From Takakia lepidozioides (Eukaryota; Plantae; Bryophyta), in the NCBI GenBank assembly GCA_030704615.1, contig CM060732.1, positions 71,362,001 to 71,426,000 on the forward strand: a DNA stretch of 64,000 bases. Direction: 5' to 3'. Positions 39,283 to 50,245 of the stretch are shown one piece after another. Each line of letters begins with the position of its first letter. Position 1 is the stretch's first letter. The notes below the pieces were generated by a model, which was not told the DNA's origin, ran no database searches, and worked only from the letters and a program-made list of their open reading frames with translations. Position numbers and translations under genes: made by a program.

Positions 39283-42200
39283 TGTGGACATCAACCTTGG
39301 ATCGTGGGAGAGGAAATGCATGCTTAGCCTGGCTTAGCTAGCTCAGAAATCCAATTGCAAAAATTTGTATTGTACAAATTTTGTTATAAATGAAATGGTT
39401 TCCAAATGTTGTGCGTCCTATTTTGTTTGGAATGGTGATTGCATGGTATGGTTGGCTAGTTTTAGAAGCATGCTAAGCTTACAAGTGGGAGAGGTAAATG
39501 GATTAATCGTGTGTTGTGTAGTGCCGAAATCGGTTACTCACCCAAGGGCCAAGGAAACTTGCACCTTCGTTGGGCGATCACATGCTAGTGCGCACTTGGC
39601 GCGTGCGCGTACTATAATTGCGGTACCGAGGGGGTTGCCTTGTAGTGTGGGCTAACGTGGAAGCTACGTGCTCCCGTTCACGTACTATAATCGTGTAGCC
39701 TCGGGACGAAGTCGTAGTGCGGCTTCGGCGTGTTCCCGTACCTCAGGCCAGCATTTCCAAGTGGACCCAATTGTAGTGATTGGGGCGCACGGTTGGTTCA
39801 AAGGTTATCTTCCAGTAAAAAAGGGTTCAAGGCAACCTTGCTCAGGTGATGCCAAAAGCGACATCACGACGGGTCGCAAGGAATGTTGTTGCAGTAAGGC
39901 GATTTGATCCTCGGGAGGATCGTTCCTTGCCCTGAAGTGGTCAAGAAGAGTGCACTGGGGAGCTTGAGAGGCTCCACCCTTGGCCGGGACTTGGAGGAAG
40001 TCGGCCGAACTAGCTAGTGGAGCGTAGAGTCAAGTGGGGGTTTGGTTCTTAGCCATGGGACGCCATGGTGCGGAAACAAACTCCTTGATGTGGGACGCCA
40101 CAACTTGGACGTTCGTTTTTACAAAATAGACAAGTCGATGAGGACATCGACTCCCTGTTGGTAGGGGTGTGTGTCGCGGCCCTTTGCCTTGAAGGCAGGG
40201 GGTCGGGACATAAGAGGGGCTGCCCCTTGTGTGGGGCAGTGGCGACTATAGAGGCGGGGGCTGAAGCACCCTTGAGTGCCCAAGGCACTCAAGGAGGCGG
40301 AGGCGCTCACTAGGTGGAGCCCCGCACCCGGTTTGCGGTGGGGGTGGTTCCACGAGGGGTGTGGTAGCTTAGTGGGACTTAGTGGGGGTGGCATAGGACT
40401 CACCATGGGGGCGGAGACCTTGTGGTGGGAGTCGTGGGGAGTCTTGGGACTCATCACGGTCCAATGGGACCGTGGTGGGTGGGCCAAGATACACCGCGAC
40501 TCATCACCGAGAGTCGAGGGTTTTCATGGTGGTTCGCCATAAAATGGCATGGTTGTTTGTGAAACCCCCGCGGACAGTCACAGAAGTATATATAGGGAGT
40601 AGTAACCCCGAGAACGGTGCAAGCCCGTTGGTGTCCAAAAACTAATGAGTAAGCGAGCGAGCCGGAAAGCGACCAAGGAATGGGGAGCTATTCCGGACTG
40701 CCATCCACCAAAGGGAATTTCCTCTAGGCCCAAATTGGTGGAGGGTTTTTGGGAAGAGTAAAGGGGGACTGTTATGTCCCGGTGAGCAGCCGAAGCTCCG
40801 AGTTGGCCCGACGGCCAGGTTGGGAGTTAGGCGCGTGCATCGAAGCCAGTAACTATGACTTGAAGGGGAGCTTACCGAAGTGGGGTGCGTGACACCCAGC
40901 ACAAGCAAATCCATGGAGACAAGAGAGTGTGTGGCCCGGACATGGATATTGCACGGTGGGCTCCTATGCGTTGGGCATCGATTGGGGTGGTGTCTAGCGG
41001 TAATGGGAATCGTGGACTCTCACGTGATTTGAAAGCTGAGGTTGCGCATGATAAGGATGCATACACGGCTCCCATAATCTGTGCACGGGTTTGTGTTGTG
41101 GAGCATTTGTGCAGTTTTAAGAGTGGTTGGTGGTGAGGCTCGATAAGCCTATCAGCTATATCTATGTTGTTATCGAGCTACAAGCTAGTATGTGAGGAGC
41201 GCGTTAAAGGTGTTGCTCGTGAGCTTCATCTTCAGCCGCAAATATGAGAATACCATCATGCAGGTAGTTCCATTGTTGTTGTGACCACTACCTAAGTGCG
41301 ATGAGCTGTTTGCATTTGCTTAGATGTTGACGGGACCAACAGAAGCATAATGTGCAACCTCATATGACGCTCCTAGATGTGAGTTCATGATCAATCTAGT
41401 GGAGATGTGGTAGCAAAAAACAAAAAAAATAAACGAAGAGATGTAGCGGAACTTCAGATCTGCAGATGTCCAGATCTTCAGTGAACCGCAACATAAATAG
41501 ATGAACTTGCTGCGGTTCAACCATGTTGACTAAGATCACGTCTTGAGCGGCCACCACGGCCAGCCAAAATGACAACATATGTTACGGTCTGTTTTCAGTT
41601 GCACATTTCGGTGGTGGTCAGCAGTGCACAAAAATAAGATATAGTCATTGCGGCTGGTGCTTTAAGGCAGACCAGATGTATGGTGCACAAAGGTTGATGA
41701 ATGAGGCCTAAGACAACATCCGGGCCTGAAGTTTAAAGACCCCGAACCTGTGATTATACTTGCGGGACTTACCATTCGTCCTAGCATTGAACGTTGTGGA
41801 GCTGGTCAGCCAACTCACATCAGAGTCACTGGTGGTTACTAGCAATGGGTGGGAAGTCGGTGTGCGACTATAGCCCAGCCACCATGAAGGAGTGGTTGTG
41901 GGCTGGTTGATGTGAGGTTGTCTGGCCGCACATCGCGAGGAAGCAAACAAATGGATGGACAGGGTCAGGCTAGATTTTCTAGCAAGTGCATAATTAAGCT
42001 GCTGTCCAACAAGCGTAGGAGCTGATCATGAAGCAGGCCAAAGGGGCGATGAAATAGACCAGAATGGAGGTCAGTATGAATTCCAACTTATGATTGAAGA
42101 TATTTGGATTTTATGGTGGGAAGAGGAAGACACAGCTTCGCGTACCAAGACAAGAAAGAGTAGTAAGAAGGAAGGCAAGCAAAGAAGGGGGTCTGCATAG

Positions 42201-42587
42201 AGCTAAAGAGTCTAGCAGGAAAAGAGACTGCAGCCAGAAACTACTGCCATAACTTGGAAACAGAAAGGCACCGAGCTAAGGAGAAGAACTGAAAATCAGC
42301 TAACAATGTCATAAGAAAGCTGGGCCCTAGGCCTAGCCTTCCACTTCCTAAAAGATCTACAGATGGAGAGACATCCCTGCAGGGGTCGTGCTCTTCAGCT
42401 CAAGACCAACCAATTGATCATCTATCCATGCAGGGTTCTTGTAGCTATCCTTCCACAAGGAATCATATGTAATCTGGAGATTGAAATCCGGCCCTCTTGG
42501 ATGAATCTGGACCCATCACTCTATCCCTGCTCCTTCAGCTATCCATGCCTCTGCCCAAAACACGTATATATGTATCATGTATCAGAG

Positions 42588-42590
<3 letters not shown>

Positions 42591-42631
<41 letters not shown>
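42591..42631. repeat. (GA)n microsatellite
   Basis: Direct reading. Confidence 0.95.
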
Positions 42632-42634
<3 letters not shown>

Positions 42635-45149
42635 TTACCATGTCACATTCCCAATCTTTGGGGGAGCATACAGTTCGTAATCAAAAAGCCCTTTAAAAAT
42701 ACTGGCTTGGTAATTCTTGGGTTCAAATAGCTTAAACAAGTATGTTGTAAGCTCAACAGGTCTTTGAGAAAACCATTCCAGCAGGCCTAAGAGTGAGAGC
42801 TTTGATGAAAACAATTCCCTATTACAGCTTTAAAGGACTTGTATGTTCCTAAAAGCACAAGCTGAACTGATTGTACTTCCATAAGTAGATGCAGGGCTAT
42901 GGTATGTATCCCAGGGCCTTATCCAGTCACTCTGCCAAGTTTTAGAGAGATCCTCAAAATACCAGTCTGTAATCAGGTTATAATCTCCATGGGGAGCCTA
43001 AAGAATGTATGTGTTCTTAAAAAGGCTTACCCAATGCCTTACTTAATACATTCTAAACTGGTGAGGCATAAACAACACTGTCTGACTCTCCAAAAGGCCA
43101 GAAAACAGGTCTGGAAAAATGCATCCAATGTCACACTTGCATCACCAAACCCTTGTCATCACAACCAGCCCAAACCTTCACAATAAGGTCTGATTTCTAG
43201 GAGGCCCAGCCCATTTACTTCCCTGACTTAACAAATTTGGTTACCAAACCAGAATCAAAGTAAAGGTTTAAGGCATATCCCCCTTGAAGCAGAAAATTGC
43301 AACAACGGCAGCTTGCAGCATATCTTATCCCTCCTGCAATAACCAGATCATCTGCAAGCCAAAGAGTTCATGCCAAGTGAAATCCCTCACCTGCGCCCGT
43401 CCCAAAAACAAACACAAAAAATGTTTTGTGTGTTAGTGAGGATGCGCGAGGTGAATTACAGGATTTCACAGTTGCTATCCATGTCGGTTCTTTGTGGTGT
43501 CGCATCTATGCTTTCTTCTGCTGGTTCTTGTGATCTTTGCATGCTTTATGGCTCATTTTGTGGAGTAGGACAATGCAGTGTTCATCATCTGAATTTGAAC
43601 GAGCACAACAGAATGCAACGGGAGGAGAGTTGAGGACAGGTTGTATCTTGTAATACAGGCCGCTTCCCCACCTCCATAACCGCCGCTGCTTCATCAATGA
43701 GGAAAAAACGTAGGCAAACATAACAGTATGTCATTTGCCATCGCGGGAGATGAAAGTGTCTGCCGTCATCGCGCGTTCAAAAAACAAGAACACACCCGTT
43801 CGGATCTTGCTGCTCGGGCATTCAGCCGCCATCGAGCATTCGTCCGCCATCGCCCTCTTCCAGAGAAAAAAAACACGCACGATATCGTGCTGTGTCTAGG
43901 GCAGAGAGACACTTAAAGGAAAACCACCCGCGATTTCATCCACCATCCGGTATGGATGGTATCAGACCAGGATGAAAAATGGGCATTCAATAGGTTTAAA
44001 TCAAAGGAGCATAAACCTAAAATGCATTGAAATGCATATCTGCCTGTAAATCATCCAGTTTATGGTTATAACAAATTTCATTCAATATGAATGAAACCTT
44101 AAAAAACCCTCTTGGATGAACCTGGACCTCTATCCCTGGTCCTTTAGTTACCCCTGTTTGTGTACAAATCATGAATACTTGCTGCTAGCAGCTGACACTG
44201 ACGGCGTGAAGTTCTTCCAGCAAACCCCAACCCTAATTATTACAGTAGTTCTAATTCTAAATTGCATCTACTTCTCTCTAGTGTAGTCCAACATGCATTC
44301 ACCTTTTTGTCTCCATTGTCTCGCCATTGACTGGGGTCGGAAAAGTGTTCATTCCAAAGCTTCTCCTCATCTCTATTACCTGTTTTTTGATACTTTCATG
44401 TTGCCAAACAGAGCAAAACATGGTGAAATAGGTCAAAGAAGAAGGTATCCTCACCACATTGTCCTTTACCTTGTATCATGACCCATAGAGGATTTGACCG
44501 ACCATCAGCCCAAAAGGATCCCTTGTGTGTGCTGCTTGTATTTGTAGTCAGGTAATGTTGGATTGGTATGTGAGATCGAACCACCACGGTGCAGTTGAGC
44601 AGGCAGAGATTGAAACACGGCCTGCTAAGACCAAGCTGACTCTCCCAAGAACGGCGAGCATCTCCTCGTCTCGTCTCTCTCTCTCCCAAAACGGCGAGCT
44701 CACAAGAATGTTGGGATCTTCTCCTCGTCTCCTCTCCTCCTCCTTTTCTCCTTCCTGCATCATTTGCTCAAGAGTAGGAAGGTCTGCAAAGCCTCCATCC
44801 CACGCCCCTGCATATCCTACAATCATCGCGTTCCATGACACAACATCAAATAGATGGTAAAACGCAGGAGACAAAAAAGCCTAAGTCCCAGCCCGGTGTA
44901 AAGTTCGGCGGTGTAATCTTCAACCGTTAGATCTTAAACAATCTAGACCGTTAGATCCTTTAAAATCTAACGATTCAAAATAATTTCCATCACATGATCT
45001 AACCTTGTACAACCACGTATTTTAATCTCATATATCTTGCGATCCTTGTTAAGCCACGTCCATCCAGGTCCAATTTATTGAACAGATATCAAAACGACAC
45101 ACCGTATAGGCGGATGGATGAACCCATCCATTGAATGAATTCATTAATG

Positions 45150-45616
45150 TATATGCCTTTTAAATGACATGTGTAGTGATGTAGTCATATATATAGAGTT
45201 ATGAAACAATTTGCAGTAAGGGACTCATAAGTTTATATGCCATGTCATCGATGGATAAACTCATCCAATGGATGAATACATTCATGTATGTGCTTTCAAA
45301 ATGACACGTGTAGGGATGTAGTCGTATAAATAGAGCTGTAAAACCATCTTCAGTCATGGAGTCACAAGATTCCATGAAATGTCGTCCACGTCTAGTCAAA
45401 CATATCACACTAGTCATAAAACCATCCTTGTCATCATGGTCAACCAATGTTTGACCAATGCTCCCTAATTTTCCGGAGTCATGTAGTGATATCCATTACT
45501 ATAAAGTGATAAAACTATGACTGCAACGCATTTTAGCGCTCTGTAGTCATGTACCTAGTGCCATTTTTATGACTCCGCCAAATCCGTAGTCCTAAAAACG
45601 CTCATCTCTTGTAGTG
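45150..45616. mobile_element. CACTA (En/Spm) element right terminus
   Basis: Ends AAAAACGCTCATCTCTTGTAGTG (reverse complement CACTACAAGAGATGAGCGTTTTT) with many GTAGTCAT/ATGACT subterminal repeats. The left boundary is uncertain. Confidence 0.75.
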
Positions 45617-45788
45617 ACTGTCTCTATTGTACTCAAACTCTATAGACCAAGAGGTCGGGTACAAGAGTAGCCCCATCGTTAGTCGTCGTCTTGCAATCTG
45701 TGAACTTGAGTCATGATCTTGTGTGTTGGTCTCCTAGTAGCTTGGCCTTGCGTTTCTTGGTAGCCTTCCATGGTTGTATCCACTCCCA

Positions 45789-48612
45789 CTATCCAATGCA
45801 ACTCGGACATAACCAATCCCCATCTGGAACCATCTCAAGAGGTGGAGTCAAGCATCCCATATGCCAACCTCTAGAGCATTGATCACACAGCAGCATGGTG
45901 GCTGCCCCTCTAGCAAACCCACACAACATGCACCTCAAACCTGCAAGTACCACTGCCAGGTTTGGGTCAATCCTGCCATCGACATTGGGAATGTGACATG
46001 ACGCGCAATTACGCACATGATCCTTCCAATCATGCCATCCCGACCCTCCAAGATCAGGACGTCTGAGGGCAATACCTCTCGAACCCTCAAAATAACACGT
46101 CATGCAGTCACATCCATGGTCGTTGGAACAGTCTGCTGCAGATAAACATAGTCACCAAGGTGAAATCTCCGAACCCCAGGTCGACTACTCCCACCACGTA
46201 TGGTAGCATACCTCAACGTATCACGATGTTGTGCAATGGCAAGGTTCTCGAAAACCATGGGCATGACTTTCTTGAACAACTCCGCGTAGTGACCACATGC
46301 ACGTGCCCACACGTCCGGATCGTCAAGATTGAGGACTACTACAGCCTCCAAGTGAATAGATGCAAGCAAATCTGGCTCTCAGCCAAAGAGAAGGAAATAA
46401 GGCGAGAACGAGGCAAGTGATATTTGTCTGCTGAACCTGTAGCCCATGGCTAACCAAGATAGCTGAAGGTCCCAATCTCCAAGGTGTTCCTTCTGCAAGC
46501 CATATTTGCGCAAACCCCTCATAACCGTTTGCACAACCCTCTCTGCCAAGCCATCGGCCTCAGGATGATCCCGAGAAGTGATGCGGTGGTCTATCAAGGC
46601 CTTGTCACACAACGCCTAAAACTCCCCCAAGAACTCTCTCCCTTGATCCGTGAGTATCTTAACTGGAGCACCGAATCGGCTAAGTACACGATCCAAGAAT
46701 GCATACGCAGCTCCCTCACTAGCCTTATTAGGCAATGGAACCAACTCGATCCACTTGGAGAAGTGCTCCACCATCACCAACACGTACTTGTTGTGGCGCA
46801 TTGTCAGTGGCAACGGCCCTGCGAAGTCAAAACTCCACCTGTAGCCCAATCCCATGATTGGAAGAGGGTGCAATTGTGGTATAGGGGCGTTGAATGAAGC
46901 ACGCACCCTGTCACACACCATGCACCTAGCCACAAATTGTTGCACCTCTGTGTGCATACCACGCCACCAATACTGCAGCAGACTATGAGTGCGTCGCACC
47001 CCAAAATGCCCCAACTCCTCATGGGCATGCCGCACTAACCGTGCCCGCTGTGTTGGGTGAGGCACAATCCTCACTCGACCATCCTCCCACACTTGGAGCT
47101 GGTGTGTCCCCTCCCATTTGAACCTCTTAATGGCTCGTTGTAGGATCCGATCCCTCTCCTTGGCAGTCACAGTGGCTGTCGTGTCTCCAGTGCGGAGATA
47201 ATCCAACACAGCTGAATCCTCATGTATATCTTTGGCGCCACCTTGCTCATTGCTGGCCTTAGGGTCCTCAGACACTCGGTCTACAGTCATCCCTGTTGTA
47301 GGTCCAACCTGGCCTTCCGCTGCCAAGATACACAAAAATGCATATGCATGCCATCCGGGCACCATCTCCTCGTCCGTCTTACCATGCCACTGAGCTCCAG
47401 TGTCATCCTGCTGGCTCGTGCATGGATTGCGACTCAACCCATTCGCATCCTGATTGACCAAACCCGGTCGATGCACAACCTGAAAGTCATACTCTTGAAG
47501 TATGAGTGCACACCGTGCAAGCTTCCCGTAAGCTTGCCTGACTCCATCAGCCTCTTGAGTGGCTGGTGATCCGTGACAAGGGTGAAGAGATTGCCGTATA
47601 GATAGCACCTGAAGTGTGTCAACGCCCACACTGTAGCTAAGCACTCTCCCTCATATGAGCTGTACTTAGCCTCTGAAGCATTGTTCGAGCGGCTAGCATA
47701 AGCCACTACGAACTCTCTTCCCTCATCATCCACCTATGTGAGCACCGCTCCAAGCCCCAGCATGCTCCAATTTGTATGCAGCTGAAAATGACGCCCCCTG
47801 ATAGGTCGTCTCAAGATGGGTGTCGAGGTCAACCTCACCTTGAGCTCTTGAAAAACTCGTTCTTGCTCATCTTCCCACTGCCACTCCTGGTCCACCTTGG
47901 TCAATTTGGTTAGAGCCTTTGCAATGGCACTAAATCCCTTGACAAACCGTCTATAATAGTTTGCCAACCCCATGAAAGCTTGAACTCGGCTCACATCCGT
48001 GGGACGTGGAATCTGTGCAAAGGCCTCTACCTTAGTCTGTTGTATCCTCAATCCTTCAGGATATATCATATGACCCAGATACTCAATCTGGTTGTGGAAA
48101 AACTTGCACTTCCCCGGATGTAACTTCAATCCGTGCGCCCTCAAGCGCTCAAATACCACCTGAAGGTGTCTCTCATGCTCCTCCACCGTAGCACTAAAGA
48201 TGATGATGTCATCTATGTAGCACCGAGCAAACTCCACCCCTGCTAGAATCATGTTCATGACTCTCTGAAACTCTATAGGAGCATTCTTAAGCCCAAATGG
48301 TAAGAACCGCCACTGGTATAGGCAATCCTTCCCGTGCTCATTGATCCCCCAGAATGTCGTCTTCTGCTTATTTGCCTCTTTGATCGGCAACTGGTGATAT
48401 CCGGATCGTAAATCCAAAGTGCTAAAGACCTTGGCATGCCAATGGCATCAAAGATCTCCTCTGGTATTGGCATGGCATACCTATCGGACTTGGTCTGACG
48501 ATTTACAGGCCGGTAATCACCGCACATACGTCTCTCCATCCAATTGCCATAGACATCCTTCTTGGCTGGCATCACTGTGGCTGAAGCATACTCTCCACCA
48601 GATAGCTCAACC
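45789..48612 (-). mobile_element. DNMT-Gypsy piece A: RT-RNaseH-integrase-PHD (pseudogenised)
   Basis: RMCGDYR, DLRSGYHQ, YIDD; RNaseH EGECLA/TDHQPL; IN H..H..CMVC, DFAGP, TDQG, DGLAER; terminal PHD finger. Confidence 0.93.
45798..45932 (-). other. PHD finger at the integrase C-terminus
   Basis: CMLC-x11-CDQC-x4-H-x2-C-x14-CPSC (C4HC3) with the typical LTPPL..VP.G.W.C signature. Confidence 0.92.
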
Positions 48613-48861
48613 CATGCAGAGGATGTGCCACCTCCAGCAGAGCAGGATGACATGCATGGTACGGCGGAGTTGCCTGCCATGGTTGCTCACACTCTATTAC
48701 GGGGTACGAGCAAGGATTTGCAGCAGGCTGCTGATGGACGGGTACAACAAGCCTGGGTAGAGGCCTTCGTACCGTCAAGAGAAGAGGAGAGTGCGGTGAT
48801 TGCACCAGGACCACCTCAGTTGTCGCCATTGGACACCACACCTCTTGTGTGACAGTGCCCG

Positions 48862-49830
48862 GATGAAGGCATATGCCTTCAAGACTTGTTTGGCGGGATC
48901 AGCACTGGATTGGCTGCAGTACTGCAGGCAGGTGTACGAGTTCGACGTTACCTGTATGTGGAGAGGGATGAGACTGCACGACGCGTCTCACTGTGCCATA
49001 TTGCTCAGTTGGTACAACAGTACCCTGATTTGTTGCCAGTGTCTGCAGTTCGTGGATACCAACAAGCCTTGCCAGCAAACCTTTCGTTGATGGGGGCGCA
49101 GGATTTGGAGCGGGTTAGCTCCATTGATCTGGTAGTGGCAGTTTGGCCCTGCCAAGGGCATTCATCAGCCGGGCATGACAATGGATTGCGAGACTCGAGG
49201 ACGGGTCTGTTTTGGAGATGGTGCGGATTTTGCGCGCCACTTGCAGCTTCATCAAGCTGTATCTCCAGCATACATATTGGAGAATGTGCCACTGATGGGT
49301 GATTCTCGGGCCAGGGTGATGGCCAGTGTGCATCAAGTCCGGTCGTGACTTGGGTCAGCAGTGTTGCTGGATGCAGCTGCAGTGGGGTCATGGGCTCATC
49401 GTCCACGGCTATGGTGGACTAACTTGATGCCACCCGCACTGCTCAAGCGTGCATTTGATGGGGCTGCGGCCAGCACACCTCACAGTGGATAGCATTTTGG
49501 ACACATGGAGACAGTCTCAACGTGTGAGATACGATGACCGTTTGCCTTTGGCAGTGGTCAACAGGGTGGGTCAACCACGAGCAACATTACCTACACTGCT
49601 CAGCTTCCCAGGATCCCATGCTTTTAGGGATGGTGGACCTGGCCTCTTGTGGGATAGCCAGTTGCAACAATTAGTGGAGCCCAATGCTGACGAGCGCGAG
49701 CGGGCGATGGGTTTACCACAGGTACCACGGTGGTGTCATATCTTTCTGAGGCATCACGTCGTCAGATGTTGGGGCAAGCAATGGATCTCAATTGCTTGAC
49801 CTCGATTATCAGCTTGGCTATGGCTGAGCA
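48862..49830 (+). pseudogene. DNMT3-like C5 cytosine DNA methyltransferase domain inside the Gypsy polyprotein
   Basis: Motif I ICLQDLFGGISTGL (48871); motif II RYLYVE; motif IV IDLVVAVWPCQGHS (PC at 49147-49152); motif VI ILENV (E at 49280); motif VIII LLDAAAVGSWAHRPRLWWTNL (~49400); motif IX ERERAMGF; motif X SRRQMLGQAMD (~49770). Correct order across frameshifts and stops. Confidence 0.92.
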
Positions 49831-50245
49831 GCGCAGAGTATGGAGTACACTTCCCTTCATGGTCTCCCTGCCTACCGAGACGGTACAGGCAGCGAGTGGG
49901 GGCGAGCAGGTGAGGACCACGAGGTGCAGGCCGCATCCATGGCACATGTGGGAGGTGCTCGAGGTTCAGAAGGAGTTGGCAGCCAAGGCGGCGGTGATGG
50001 ATCAGCTTGGGGATTTTTCTCGGATTGAGGAGGTCCTCAAGGATGGGATGATGGGGCAGGATGAGACATTGTCACTGACAAAGGAGGCAGTGGTCACTGC
50101 TCAAGAGGTTGCAGCATAGCAACCACGGGACGCGTCTTCTACCTCTAAGCCTGCTGGACTCAAGGTTGCAGTCACGGAGGACAACTGGGAGCCTGATGTT
50201 GGACCTATAGTCACTGGAGGAGAGAGACGACGTATACGGCGGTTC

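Noticed and set aside
39317-41200. 3' LTR or extra ORF of the chromovirus
   Set aside because: It follows a purine tract, but no matching 5' copy or recognisable protein motif is visible.
48886-49830. Host DNMT3/DRM gene or bacterial contaminant methylase
   Set aside because: Intronless, collinear with Gypsy pol in two copies, decayed like the rest of the TE, and contiguous with plant genes.
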